Below, piece by piece: positions 25,001 to 40,200 of a DNA stretch of 64,000 nucleotides (position 1 is its first letter; every line of letters starts with the position of its first letter). Both the position numbers and the translations under genes were made by a program. The stretch covers positions 1,984,001 through 2,048,000 of the forward strand of contig OZ024742.1 in assembly GCA_964016885.1 (NCBI GenBank). The letters run 5' to 3'. The stretch is from Eledone cirrhosa (taxonomy: Eukaryota). A model generated the notes under the pieces. The model had not been told where the DNA came from. It made no database searches and saw only the letters and a program-made list of their open reading frames with translations.

Positions 25001-27400
25001 GTAAAATACCCACATTTACAACAGCTTCTTCCTGTACCATGAACTACCTGGTAGGTTGATCTTTTAGAAATAGCAGTCAAATACCCACATTTACAACAGC
25101 TTCTTCTTGTACCAAGAACTAGGTGGTAGGTTGATCTTTTAGAAATAGCAGTCAAATACCCACATTTACAACAGCTTCTTCCTGTACCATGAACTACCTG
25201 GTAGGTTGATCTTTTAGAAATAGCAGTCAAATACCCACATTTACAACAGCTTCTTCTTGTACCAAGAACTAGCTGGTAGGTTGATCTTTTAGAAATAGCA
25301 GTCAAATACCCACATTTACAACAGCTTCTTCCTGTACCAAGAACTAGCTGGTAGGTTGATGTTTTAGAAATAGCAGTCAAATACCCACATTTACAACAGT
25401 TTCTTCCTGTAGTACAAACCACCTGGTAGGTTGATCTTTTAGAAATAGCAGTCAAATACCCACATTTACAACAACTTCTTCCTGAACCATGAACTACCTG
25501 GTAGGTTGATCTTTTAGAAATGGCAGTCAAATACCCACATTTACAACAGCTTCTTCCTGTACCAAGAACTAGCTGGTAGGTTGATCTTTTAGAAATAGCA
25601 GTCAAATACCCACATTTACAACAGCTTCTTCCAGTACCAAGAACTAGCTGGTAGGTTGATCTTTTAGAAATAGCAGTCAAATACCCACATTTACAACAAC
25701 TTCTTCCTGAACCATGAACTACCTGTTCGGTTGATCTTTTAGAAATGGCAGTCAAATACCCACATTTACAACAGCTTCTTCCTGTACCAAGAACTAGCTG
25801 GTAGGTTGATCTTTTAGAAATAGCAGTCAAATACCCACATTTACAACAACTTCTTCCTGAACCATGAACTACCTGGTAGGTTGATCTTTTAGAAATAGCA
25901 GTCAAATACCCACATTTACAACAACTTCTTCCTGAACCATGAACTACCTGGTAGGTTGATCTTTTATAAATAGCAGTCAAATACCCACTTTTACAACAGC
26001 TTCTTCCTGTACCAAGAACTAGCTGGTAGGTTGATCTTTTAGAAATAGCAGTCAAATACCCACATTTACAACAGCTTCTTCCTGTACCAAGAACTACCTG
26101 GTAGGTTGATCTTTTAGAAATAGCAGTCAAATACCGACATTTACAACAGCTTCTTCCTGTACCAAGAACTAGCTGGTAGGTTGATCTTTTAGAAATAGCA
26201 GTCAAATACCCACATTTACAACAGCTTCTTCCTGTACCAAGAACTAGCTGGTAGGTTGATCTTTTAGAAATAGCAGTCAAATACCCACATTTACAACAGC
26301 TTCTTCCTGTACCAAGAACTAGCTGGTAGGTTGATCTTTTAGAAATAGCAGTCAAATACCGACATTTACAACAGCTTCTTCCTGTACCAAGAACTAGCTG
26401 GTAGTTTGATCTTTTAGAAATAGCAGTCAAATACCCACATTTACAACAGCTTCTTCCTGTAGCAAGAACTACCTGGTAGGTTGATCTTTTAGAAATGGCA
26501 GTCAAATACCCACATTTACAACAGCTTCTTCTTGTACCAAGAACTAGCTGGTAGGTTGATCTTTTAGAAATAGCAGTCAAATACCCACATTTACAACAGC
26601 TTCTTCCTGTACCAAGAACTACCTGTTAGGTTGATCTTTTAGAAATAGCAGTCAAATACCCACATTTACAACAGCTTCTTCCTGTACCAAGAACTAGCTG
26701 GTAGGTTGATCATTTAGAAATAGCAGTCAAATACCCACATTTACAACAGCTTCTTGTACCAAGAACTACCTGGTAGGTTGATGTTTTAGAAATAGCAGTC
26801 AAATACCCACATTTACAACAGCTTCTGTCTGTACCATGAACTAGCTGGTAGGTTGATCTTTTAGAAATAGCAGTCAAATACCCACATTTACAACAGCTTC
26901 TTCCTGTACCAAGAACTACCGGGTAGGTTGATCTTTTAGAAATAGCAGTCAAATACCCATATTTACAACAGCTTCTTCCTGTACCAAGAACTACCTGGTA
27001 GGTTGATCTTTTAGAAATAGCAGTCAAATACCCACATTTACAACAGCTTCTTTCTGTACCATGAACTACCTGGTAGGTTGATCTTTTAGAAATAGCAGTC
27101 AAATACCCACATTTACAACAGCTTCTTCCTGTACCAAGAACTAGCTGGTAGGTTGATCTTTTAGAAATAGCAGTCAAATACCCATATTTACAACAGCTTC
27201 TTCCTGTACCAAGAACTACCTGGTAGGTTGATCTTTTAGTAATAGCAGTCAAATACCCACATTTACAACAGCTTCTTCCTGTACCAAGAACTAGCTGGTT
27301 GGTTGATCTTTTAGAAATAGCAGTCAAATACCCACATTTACAACAGCTTCTTCCTGTACCAAGAACTACCTGGTAGGTTGATCTTTTAGAAATAGCAGTC
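19100..27400. repeat. ~2.4-3.1 kb higher-order repeat, about three copies
   Basis: ttttataaat at 20060/22976/25967 and gatcatttag at 21177/24318/26712. The taccgacatt, ctaccgggt and ttagtaat variants recur in the same order. Confidence 0.85.
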
Positions 27401-27559
27401 AAATACCCACATTTACAACAACTTCTTCCTGAACCATGAACGACCTGGTAGGTTGATCTTTTAGAAATGGCAGTCAAATACCCACATTTACAACAGCTTC
27501 TTCTTGTACAAAGAACTAGCTGGTAGGTTGATCTTTTAGAAATAGCAGTCAAATACCCT

Positions 27560-30500
27560 CATTTACAAGAGCTTCTTCCTGTACCAAGAACTACCTGGTA
27601 GGTTGATCTTTAGAAATAGCAGTCAAATACCCACATTTACAACACCTTCTTCTTGTACCAAGAACTATGTGGTAGGTTGATCTTTTAGAAATAGCAGTCA
27701 AATACCCACATTTACAATAGCTTCTTCCTGTACCAAGAACTACCTGGTAGGTTGATCTTTAGAAATAGCAGTCAAATACCCACATTTACAACAACTTCTT
27801 CCTGAACCATGAATTACCTGGTAGGTTGATCTTTTAGAAATAGCAGTCAAATACCCACATATACAACAGCTTCTTCTTGTACCAAGAACTAGCTGGTAGG
27901 TTGATGTTTTAGAAATAGCAGTCAAATACCCACATTTACAACAGCTTCTTCCTGTACCAAGAACTAGCTGGTAGGTTGATCTTTTAGAAATAGCAGTCAA
28001 ATACCCACATTTACAACAGCTTCTTCCTGTACCAAGAACTAGCTGGTAGGTTGATCTTTTAGAAATAGCAGTCAAATACCCACATTTACAAGAGCTTCTT
28101 CTTGTACCAAGAACTAGCTGGTAGGTTGATGTTTTAGAAATAGCAGGCAAATACCCACATTTACAACAGCTTTTTCCTGTACCAAGAACTAGCTGGTAGG
28201 TTGATCTTTTAGAAATAGCAGTCAAATACCCACATTTACAACAGCTTCTTCCTGTACCAAGAACTAGCTGGTAGGTTGATCTTTTAGAAATAGCAGTCAA
28301 ATAACCACATTTACAACAGCTTCTTCCTGTACCAAGAACTAACTGGTAGGTTGATCTTTTAGAAATAGCAGTCAAATACCCACATTTACAACAGCTTCTT
28401 CCTGTACCATGAACTACCTGGTAGTTTGATCTTTTAGAAATAGCAGTCAAATACCCACATTTACAACAGCTTCTTCCTGTACCATGAACTACCTGGTAGG
28501 TTGATCTTTTAGAAATAGCAGTCAAATACCCACATTTACAACAGCTTCTTCCTGTACCAAGAACTTGCTGGTAGGTTGATCTTTTAGAAATAGCAGTCAA
28601 ATACCCACATTTACAACAGCTTCTTCCTGTACCAAGAACTAGCTGGTAGGTTGATCTTTTAGAAATAGCAGTCAAATACCCACATTTACAACAGCTTCTT
28701 CCTGTACCAAGAACTAGCTGGTAGGTTGATCTTTTAGAAATAGCAGTCAAATACCCACATTTACAAAAGCTTCTTCCTGTACCAAGAACTAGCTGGTAGG
28801 TTGATCTTTTAGAAATAGCAGTCAAATACCCACATTTACAAAAGCTTCTTCCTGCACCAAGAACTACCTGGTAGGTTGATCTTTTAGAAATAGCAGTCAA
28901 ATACCCACATTTACAACAGCTTCTTCCTGTACCAAGAACGAGCTGGTAGGTTGATGTTTTAGAAATAGCAGTCAAATACCCACATTTACAACATCTTCTT
29001 CTTGTACCAAGAACTAGCTAGTAGGTTGATCTTTTAGAAATAGCAGTCAAATACCCACATTTACAAGAGCTTCTTCCTGTACCAAGAACTACCTGGTAGG
29101 TTGATCTTTAGAAATAGCAGTCAAATACCCACATTTACAACACCTTCTTCTTGTACCAAGAACTATGTGGTAGGTTGATCTTTTAGAAATAGCAGTCAAA
29201 TACCCACATTTACAATAGCTTCTTCCTGTACCAAGAACTACCTGGTAGGTTGATCTTTAGAAATAGCAGTCAAATACCCACATTTACAACAACTTCTTCC
29301 TGAACCATGAACTACCTGGTAGGTTGATCTTTTAGAAATAGCAGTCAAATACCCACATATACAACAGCTTCTTCTTGTACCAAGAACTAGCTGGTAGGTT
29401 GATCTTTTAGAAATAGCAGTCAAATACCCACATTTACAACAGCTTCTTCCTGTACCAAGAACTAGCTGGTAGGTTGATCTTTTAGAAATAGCAGTCAAAT
29501 ACCCACATTTACAACAGCTTCTTCCTGTACCAAGAACTAGCTGGTAGGTTGATCTTTTAGAAATAGCAGTCAAATACCCACATTTACAAGAGCTTCCTCT
29601 TGTACCAAGAACTAGCTGGTAGGTTGATGTTTTAGAAATAGCAGGCAAATACCCACATTTACAACAGCTTTTTCCTGTACCAAGAACTAGCTGGTAGGTT
29701 GATCTTTTAGAAATAGCAGTCAAATACCCACATTTACAACAGCTTCTTCCTGTACCAAGAACTAGCTGGTAGGTTGATCTTTTAGAAATAGCAGTCAAAT
29801 ACCCACATTTACAACAGCTTCTTCCTGTACCAAGAACTAGCTGGTAGGTTGATCTTTTAGAAATAGCAGTCAAATACCCACATTTATAAAAGCTTCTTCC
29901 TGTACCATGAACTACCTGGTAGTTTGATCTTTTAGAAATAGCAGTCAAATACCCACATTTACAACAGCTTCTTCCTGTACCATGAACTACCTGGTAGGTT
30001 GATCTTTTAGAAATAGCAGTCAAATACCCACATTTACAACAGCTTCTTCCTGTACCAAGAACTAGCTGGTAGGTTGATCTTTTAGAAATAGCAGTCAAAT
30101 ACCCACATTTACAACAGCTTCTTCCTGTACCAAGAACTAGCTGGTAGGTTGATCTTTTAGAAATAGCAGTCAAATACCCACATTTACAAAAGCTTCTTCC
30201 TGTACCAAGAACTAGCTGGTAGGTTGATCTTTTAGAAATAGCAGTCAAATACCCACATTTACAACAGCTTCTTCCTGTACCATGAAAGACCTGGTAGGTT
30301 GATCTTTTAGAAATAGCAGTCAAATACCCACATTTACAACAGCTTCTTCCTGTACCAAGAACTAGCTGGTAGGTTGATCTTTTAGAAATAGCAGTCAAAT
30401 ACCCACATTTACAAAAGCTTCTTCCTGTACCAAGAACTACCTGGTAGGTTGATCTTTTAGAAATAGCAGTCAAATACCCACATTTACAACAGCTTCTTCC

Positions 30501-30800
30501 TGTACCATGAACTACCTGGTAGGTTGATCTTTTAGAAATAGCAGTCAAATACCCACATTTACAACAGCTTCTTCCTGTACCATGAACTAGCTGGTAGGTT
30601 GATCTTTTAGAAATAGCAGTCAAATACCCACATTTACAAAAGCTTCTTCCTGCACCAAGAACTACCTGGTAGGTTGATCTTTTAGAAATAGCAGTCAAAT
30701 ACCCACATTTACAACAGCTTCTTCCTGTACCAAGAACTAGCTGGTAGGTTGATGTTTTAGAAATAGCAGTCAAATACCCACATTTACAACAGCTTCTTCT
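27560..30800. repeat. Duplication with ~1498-bp (20-monomer) period
   Basis: aactatgtgg at 27668/29166, with two shared 1-bp deletions and shared cacatatac and gcaggc variants. The paired ORF ends 27740/29238 differ by 1498. Confidence 0.85.
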
Positions 30801-31219
30801 TGTACCAAGAACTAGCTAGTAGGTTGATCTTTTAGAAATAGCAGTCAAATACCCACATTTACAACAGCTTCTTCCTGTACCAAGAACTAGCTGGTAGGTT
30901 GATCTTTTAGACATAGCAGTCAAATACCCACATTTACAACACCTTCTTCTCGTACCAAGAACTACCTGGTAGGTTGATCTTTTAGAAATAGCAGTCAAAT
31001 ACCCACACTTACAACAGCTTCTTCCTGTACCAAGAACTAGCTGGCAGGTTGATCTTTTAGAAATAGCAGTCAAATACCCACATTTACAAGAGCTTCTTCC
31101 TGTACCATGAACTACCTGGTAGGTTGATGTTTTAAAAATAGCAGTCAAATACCCACATTTACAATAGCTTCTTCCTGTACCAAGAACTACCTAGTAGGTT
31201 GATCTTTTAGAAATAGCAG

Positions 31220-34200
31220 TCAAATACCCACATTTACAACAGCTTCGTCCAGTAGTACAAACCACCTGGTAGGTTGATCTTTAGAAATAGCAGTCAAATA
31301 CCCACATTTACAACAACTTCTTCCTGAACCATGAACTACCTGGTAGGTTGATCTTTTAGAAATGGCAGTCAAATACCCACATTTACAACAGCTTTTTCCT
31401 GTACCAAGAACTAGCTGGTAGGTTGATCTTTTAGAAATAGCAGTCAAATACCCACATTTACAACAGCTTTTTCCTGTACCAAGAACTAGCTGGTAGGTTG
31501 ATCTTTTAGAAATAGCAGTCAAATACCCACATTTACAACAGCTTCTTCCTGTAGCAAGAACTACCTTGTAGGTTGATCTTTTAGAAATGGCAGTCAAATA
31601 ACCACATTTACAACAGCTTCTTCCTGTACCAAGAACTAGCTGGTAGGTTGATCTTTTAGAAATAGCAGTCAAATACCCACATTTACAACAGCTTCTTTCT
31701 GTAGCAAGAACTACCTGGTAGGTTGATCTTTTAGAAATGGCAGTCAAATACCCACATTTACAACAGCTTCTTCCTGTAGCAAGAACTACCTGGTAGGTTG
31801 ATCTTTTAGAAATGGCAGTCAAATACCCACATTTACAACAGCTTCTTCCTGTAGCAAGAACTAGCTGGTAGGTTGATCTTTTAGAAATAGCAGTCAAATA
31901 CCCACATTTACAACAGCTTCTTCCTGTAGCAAGAACTAGCTGGTAGGTTGATCTTTTAGAAATGGCAGTCAAATACCCACATTTACAACAGCTTCTTCCT
32001 GTAGCAAGAACTACCTGGTAGGTTGATCTTTTAGAAATGGCAGTCAAATACCCACATTTACAACAGCTTCTTCCTGTACCAAGAACTACCTGGTAGGTTG
32101 ATCTTTTAGAAATGGCAGTTAAATACCCACATTTACAACAGCTTCTTCCTGTACCAAGAACTAGTTGGTAGGTTGATCTTTTAGAAATAGCAGTCAAATA
32201 CCCACATTTACAACAGATTCTTCCTGTAGCAAGAACTACCTGGTAGGTTGATCTTTTAGAAATGGCAGTCAAATACCCACATTTACAACAGCTTCTTCCT
32301 GTACCAAGAACTACCTGGTAGGTTGATCTTTTAGAAATAGCAGTCAAATACCCACATTTACAAAAGCTTCTTCCTGTACCAAGAACTAGCTGGTAGGTTG
32401 ATCTTTTAGAAATAGCAGTCAAATACCCACATTTACAACAGCTTCTTCCTGTAGCATGAACTACCTGGTAGGTTGATGTTTTAGAAATAGCAGTCAAATA
32501 CCCACATTTACAACAGCTTCTTCCTGTACCATGAACCACCTGGTAGGTTGATCTTTTAGAAATAGCCGTCAAATACCCACATTTACAACAGCTTCTTCCT
32601 GTACCAAGAACTACCTGGTAGGTTGATCTTTTAGAAATAGCAGTCAAATACCCACATTTACAACAGCTTCTTCTTGTACCAAGAACTAGCTGGTAGGTTG
32701 ATCTTTTAGAAATAGCCGTCAAATACCCACATTTACAGCAGCTTCTTCCTGTACCAAGAAGTAGCTGGTAGGTTGATCTTTTAGAAATAGCCGTCAAATA
32801 CCCACATTTACAACAGCTTCTTCCTGTACCAAGAACTAGCTGGTTGGTTGATCTTTTAGAAATAGCCGTCAAATACCCACATTTACAACAGCTTCTTCTT
32901 GTACCAAGAACTAGCTGGTAGGTTGATCTTTTAGAAATAGCAGTCAAATACCCACATTTACAACAGCTTCTTCTTGTACCAAGAACTAGCTGGTAGGTTG
33001 ATCTTTTAGAAATAGCCGTCAAATACCCACATTTACAACAGCTTCTTCCTGTACCAAGAACTAGCTGGTTGGTTGATCTTTTAGAAATAGCAGTCAAATA
33101 CCCACATTTACAACAGCTTCTTCCTGTACCAAGAACTAGCTGGTAGGTTGATCTTTTAGAAATGGCAGTCAAATACCCACATTTACAACAGCTTCTTCCT
33201 GTACCAAGAACTAGCTGGTTGGTTGATCTTTTAGAAATAGCAGTCAAATACCCACATTTACAACAGCTTCTTCTTGTACCAAGAACTACCTGGTAGGTTG
33301 ATCTTTTAGAAATAGCAGTCAAATACCCACATTTACAACAACTTCTTCTTGTACCAAGAACTAGCTGGTAGGTTGATCTTTTAGAAATAGCAGTGAAATA
33401 CCCACATTTACAACAGCTTCTTCTTGTACCAGGAACTAGCTGGTAGGTTGATATTTTAGAAATAGCAGTCAAATACCCACATTTACAACAGCTTCTTCCT
33501 GTACCAAGAACTAGCTGGTTGGTTGAACTTTTAGAAATAGCAGTCAAATACCCACATTTACAACAGCTTCTTCCTGTACCATGAACTACCTGGTAGGTTG
33601 ATCTTTTAGAAATAACAGTCAAATACCCACATTTACAACAGCTTCTTCCTGTACCAAGAACTAGCTGGTAGGTTGATCTTTTAGAAATAGCAGTCAAATA
33701 CCCACATTTACAACAGCTTCTTCTTGTACCAAGAACTAGCTAGTAGGTTGATCTTTTAGAAATAGCAGTCAAATACCCACATTTACAAGAGCTTCTTCTT
33801 GTACCAAGAACTAGCTGGTAGGTTGATGTTTTAGAAATAGCAGTCAAATACCCACATTTACAACAGCTTCTTCTTGTACCAAGAACTAGCTGGTAGGTTG
33901 ATCTTTTAGAAATAGCAGTCAAATACCCACATTTACAACAGCTTCTTCCTGTACCAAGAACTAGCTGGTAGGTTGATCTTTTAGAAATAGCAGTCAAATA
34001 CCCACATTTACAAGAGCTTCTTCCTGTACCATGAACTACCTGGTATGTTGATGTTTTAGAAACAGCAGTCAAATACCCACATTTACAATAGCTTCTTCCT
34101 GTACCAAGAACTACCTGGTAGGTTGCTCTTTTAGAAATAGCAGTCAAATACCCAGATTTACAGTAGCTTCTTCCTGTACCAAGATCTAGCTGGTAGGTTG

Positions 34201-37200
34201 ATCTTTAGAAATAGCAGTCAAATACCCACATTTACAACAACTTCTTCCTGAACCATGAACTACCTGGTAGGTTGATCTTTTAGAAATAGCAGTCAAATAC
34301 CCACATTTACAACAGCTTCTTCCTGTACCAAGAACTAGCCGGTAGGTTGATCTTTTAGAAATAGCAGTCAAATAGCCACATTTACAACAGCTTCTTCCTG
34401 TACCAAGAACTAGCTGGTAGGTTGATCTTTTAGAAATAGCAGTCAAATACCCACATTTACAACAGCTTCTTCCTGTACCAAGAACTAGCTGGTAGGTTGA
34501 TCTTTTAGAAATAGCAGTCAAATACCCACATTTACAACAGCTTCTTTCTGTAGCAAGAACTACCTGGTAGGTTGATGTTTTAGAAATAGCAGTCAAATAC
34601 CCACATTTACAACAGCTTCTTCTTGTACCAAGAACTAGCTAGTAGGTTGATCTTTTAGAAATAGCAGTCAAATACCCACATTTACAAGAGCTTCTTCTTG
34701 TACCAAGAACTAGCTGGTAGGTTGATGTTTTAGAAATAGCAGTCAAATACCCACATTTACAACAGCTTCTTCTTGTACCAAGAACTAGCTGGTAGGTTGA
34801 TCTTTTAGAAATAGCAGTCAAATACCCACATTTACAACAGCTTCTTCCTGTACCAAGAACTAGCTGGTAGGTTGATCTTTTAGACATAGCAGTCAAATAC
34901 CCACATTTACAACACCTTCTTCTCGTACCAAGACCTACCTGGTAGGTTGATCTTTTAGAAATAGCAGTCAAATACCCACACTTACAACAGCTTCTTCCTG
35001 TACCAAGAACTAGCTGGTAGGTTGATCTTTTAGAAATAGCAGTCAAATACCCACATTTACAAGAGCTTCTTCCTGTACCATGAACTACCTGGTAGGTTGA
35101 TGTTTTAGAAATAGCAGTCAAATACCCACATTTACAATAGCTTCTTCCTGTACCAAGAACTACCTGGTAGGTTGATCTTTTAGAAATAGCAGTCAAATAC
35201 CCATATTTACAACAGCTTCGTCCAGTAGTACAAACCACCTGGTAGGTTGATCTTTAGAAATAGCAGTCAAATACCCACATTTACAACAACTTCTTCCTGA
35301 ACCATGAACTACCTGGTAGGTTGATCTTTTAGAAATGGCAGTCAAATACCCACATTTACAACAGCTTTTTCCTGTACCAAGAACTAGCTGGTAGGTTGAT
35401 CTTTTAGAAATAGCAGTCAAATACCCACATTTACAACAGCTTTTTCCTGTACCAAGAACTAGCTGGTAGGTTGATCTTTTAGAAATAGCAGTCAAATACC
35501 CACATTTACAACAGCTTCTTCCTGTAGCAAGAACTACCTGGTAGGTTGATCTTTTAGAAATGGCAGTCAAATAACCACATTTACAACAGCTTCTTCCTGT
35601 ACCAAGAACTAGCTGGTAGGTTGATGTTTTAGAAATAGCAGTCAAATACCCACATTTACAACAGCTTCTTCCTGTAGCAAGAACTACCTAGTAGGTTGAT
35701 CTTTTAGAAATGGCAGTCAAATACCCACATTTACAACAGCTTCTTCCTGTAGCAAGAACTACCTGGTAGGTTGATCTTTTAGAAATGGCAGTCAAATACC
35801 CACATTTACAACAGCTTCTTCCTGTAGCAAGAACTACCTGGTAGGTTGATCTTTTAGAAATGGCAGTCAAATACCCACATTTATAACAGCTTCTTCCTGT
35901 ACCAAGAACTACCTGGTAGGTTGATCTTTTAGAAATAGCAGTCAAATACCCACATTTACAACAGCTTCTTCCTGTACCAAGAACTAGCTGGTAGGTTGAT
36001 CTTTTAGAAATAGCAGTCAAATACCCACATTTACAACAGCTTCTTCTTGTAGCATGAACTACCTGGTAGGTTGATGTTCTAGAAACAGCAGTCAAATACC
36101 CACATTTACAACAGCTTCTTCCTGTACCATGAACCACCTGGTAGGTTGATCTTTTAGAAATAGCCGTCAAATACCCACATTTACAACAGCTTCTTCCTGT
36201 ACCAAGAACTACCTGGTAGGTTGATCTTTTAGAAATAGCAGTCAAATACCCACATTTACAACAGCTTCTTCTTGTACCAAGAACTAGCTGGTAGGTTGAT
36301 CTTTTAGAAATAGCCGTCAAATACCCACATTTACAGCAGCTTCTTCCTGTACCAAGAACTAGCTGGTAGGTTGATCTTTTAGAAATAGCCGTCAAATACC
36401 CACATTTACAACAGCTTCTTCTTGTACCAAGAACTAGCTGGTAGGTTGATCTTTTAGAAATAGCAGTCAAATACCCACATTTACAACAGCTTCTTCTTGT
36501 ACCAAGAACTAGCTGGTAGGTTGATCTTTTAGAAATAGCCGTCAAATACCCACATTTATAACAGCTTCTTCCTGTACCAAGAACTAGCTGGTTGGTTGAT
36601 CTTTTAGAAATAGCAGTCAAATACCCACATTTACAACAGCTTCTTCCTGTACCAAGAACTAGCTGGTAGGTTGATCTTTTAGAAATGGCAGTCAAATACC
36701 CACATTTACAACAGCTTCTTCCTGTACCAAGAACTAGCTGGTTGGTTGATCTTTTAGGAATAGCAGTCAAATACCCACATTTACAACAGCTTCTTCTTGT
36801 ACCAAGAACTACCTGGTAGGTTGATCTTTTAGAAATAGCAGTCAAATACCCACATTTACAACAACTTCTTCTTGTACCAGGAACTAGCTGGTAGGTTGAT
36901 ATTTTAGAAATAGCAGTCAAATACCCACATTTACAACAACTTCTTCCTGAACCATGAACTACCTGGTAGGTTGATCTTTTAAAAATAGCAGTCAAATACC
37001 CACATTTACAACAGCTTCTTCCTGTACCAAGAACTAGCTGGTTGGTTGATCTTTTAGAAATAGCTGTCAAATACCCACATTTACAACAGCTTCTTCCTGT
37101 ACCATGAACTACCTGGTAGGTTGATCTTTTAGAAATAGCAGTCGAATACCCACATTTACAACAGCTTCTTCCTGTACCAAGAACTAGCTGGTAGGTTGAT

Positions 37201-40200
37201 CTTTTAGAAATAGCAGTCAAATACCCACATTTACAAGAGCTTCTTCCTGTACCATGAACTACCTGGTATGTTGATGTTTTAGAAACAGCAGTCAAATACC
37301 CACATTTACAATAGCTTCTTCCTGTACCAAGAACTACCTGGTAGGTTGCTCTTTTAGAAATAGCAGTCAAATACCCACATTTACAGCAGCTTCTTCCTGT
37401 ACCAAGATCTAGCTGGTAGGTTGATCTTTAGAAATAGCAGTCAAATACCCACATTTACAACAACTTCTTCCTGAACCATGAACTACCTGGTAGGTTGATC
37501 TTTTAGAAATAGCAGTCAAATACCCACATTTACAACAGCTTCTTCCTGTACCAAGAACTAGCCGGTAGGTTGATCTTTTAGAAATAGCAGTCAAATATCC
37601 ACATTTACAACAGCTTCTTCCTGTACCAAGAACTAGCTGGTAGGTTGATCTTTTAGAAATAGCAGTCAAATACCCACATTTACAACAGCTTCTTCCTGTA
37701 CCAAGAACTAGCTGGTACGTTGATCTTTTAGAAATAGCAGTCAAATACCCACATTTACAACAGCTTCTTCCTGTACCAAGAACTACCTGGTAGGTTGATC
37801 TTTTAGAAATAGCAGTCAAATACCCACATTTACAACAGCTTCTTCCTGTACCAAGAACTACCTGGTAGGTTGATCTTTTAGACATAGCAGTCAAATACCC
37901 ACATTTACAACACCTTCTTCTCGTACCAAGAACTACCTGGTAGGTTGATCTTTTAGAAATAGCAGTCAAATACCCACACTTACAACAGTTTCTTCCTGTA
38001 CCAAGAACTAGCTGGTAGGTTGATCTTTTAGAAATAGCAGTCAAATACCCACATTTACAAGAGCTTCTTCCTGTACCATGAACTACCTGGTAGGTTGATG
38101 TTTTAGAAATAGCAGTCAAATACCCACATTTACAATAGCTTCTTCCTGTACCAAGAACTACCTGGTAGGTTGATCTTTTAGAAATAGCAGTCAAATACCC
38201 ACATTTACAACAGCTTCGTCCAGTAGTACAAACCACCTGGTAGGTTGATCTTTAGAAATAGCAGTCAAATACCCACATTTACAACAACTTCTTCCTGAAC
38301 CATGAACTACCTGGTAGGTTGATCTTTTAGAAATGGCAGTCAAATACCCACATTTACAACAGCTTTTTCCTGTACCAAGAACTAGCTGGTAGGTTGATCT
38401 TTTAGAAATAGCAGTCAAATACCCACATTTACAACAGCTTTTTCCTGTACCAAGAACTAGCTGGTAGGTTGATCTTTTAGAAATAGCAGTCAAATACCCA
38501 CATTTACAACAGCTTCTTCCTGTAGCAAGAACTACCTGGTAGGTTGATCTTTTAGAAATGGCAGTCAAATACCCACATTTACAACAGCTTCTTCCTGTAG
38601 CAAGAACTAGCTGGTAGGTTGATCTTTTAGAAATAGCAGTCAAATACCCACATTTACAACAGCTTCTTCCTGTAGCAAGAACTAGCTGGTAGGTTGATCT
38701 TTTAGAAATGGCAGTCAAATACCCACATTTACAACAGCTTCTTCCTGTAGCAAGAACTACCTGGTAGGTTGATCTTTTAGAAATGGCAGTCAAATACCCA
38801 CATTTACAACAGCTTCTTCCTGTAGCAAGAACTACCTGGTAGGTTGATCTTTTAGAAATGGCAGTCAAATACCCACATTTACAACAGCTTCTTCCTGTAC
38901 CAAGAACTAGTTGGTAGGTTGATCTTTTAGAAATAGCAGTCAAATACCCACATTTACAACAGCTTCTTCCTGTAGCAAGAACTACCTGGTAGGTTGATCT
39001 TTTAGAAATGGCAGTCAAATACCCACATTTACAACAGCTTCTTCCTGTACCAAGAACTACCTGGTAGGTTGATCTTTTAGAAATAGCAGTCAAATACCCG
39101 CATTTACAACAGCTTCTTCCTGTAGCAAGAACTACCTGGTAGGTTGATCTTTTAGAAATGGCAGTCAAATACCCACATTTACAACAGCTTCTTCCTGTAC
39201 CAAGAACTACCTGGTAGGTTGATCTTTTAGAAATAGCAGTCAAATACCCACATTTACAACAGCTTCTTCCTGTAGCAAGAACTACCTGGTAGGTTGATCT
39301 TTTAGAAATGGCAGTCAAATACCCACATTTACAACAGCTTCTTCCTGTACCAAGAACTAGCTGGTAGGTTGATCTTTTAGAAATAGCAGTCAAATACCCA
39401 CATTTACAACAGCTTCTTCCTGTAGCATGAACTACCTGGTAGGTTGATGTTTTAGAAATAGCAGTCAAATACCCACATTCACAACAGCTTCTTCCTGTAC
39501 CATGAACCACCTGGTAGGGTGATCCTTTAGAAATAGCCGTCAAATACCCACATTTACAACAGCTTCTTCCTGTACCAAGAACTAGCTGGTAGGTTGATCT
39601 TTTAGAAATAGCAGTCAAATACCCACATTTACAACTGCTTCTTCTTGTACCAAGAACTAGCTGGTTGGTTGATCTTTTAGAAATAGCAGTCAAATACCCA
39701 CATTTACAACAGCTTCTTCCTGTACCAAGAACTAGCTGGTAGGTTGATCTTTTAGAAATGGCAGTCAAATACCCACATTTACAACAGCTTCTTCCTGTAC
39801 CAAGAACTAGCTGGTTGGTTGATCTTTTAGAAATAGCAGTCAAATACCCACATTTACAACAGCTTCTTCTTGTACCAAGAACTACCTGGTAGGTTGATCT
39901 TTTAGAAATAGCAGTCAAATACCCACATTTACAACAACTTCTTCTTGTACCAAGAACTAGCTGGTAGGTTGATCTTTTAGAAATAGCAGTGAAATACCCA
40001 CATTTACAACAGCTTCTTCTTGTACCAGGAACTAGCTGGTAGGTTGATATTTTAGAAATAGCAGTCAAATACCCACATTTACAACAACTTCTTCCTGAAC
40101 CATGAACTACCTGGTAGGTTGATCTTTTAAAAATAGCAGTCAAATACCCACATTTACAACAGCTTCTTCCTGTACCAAGAACTAGCTGGTTGGTTGATCT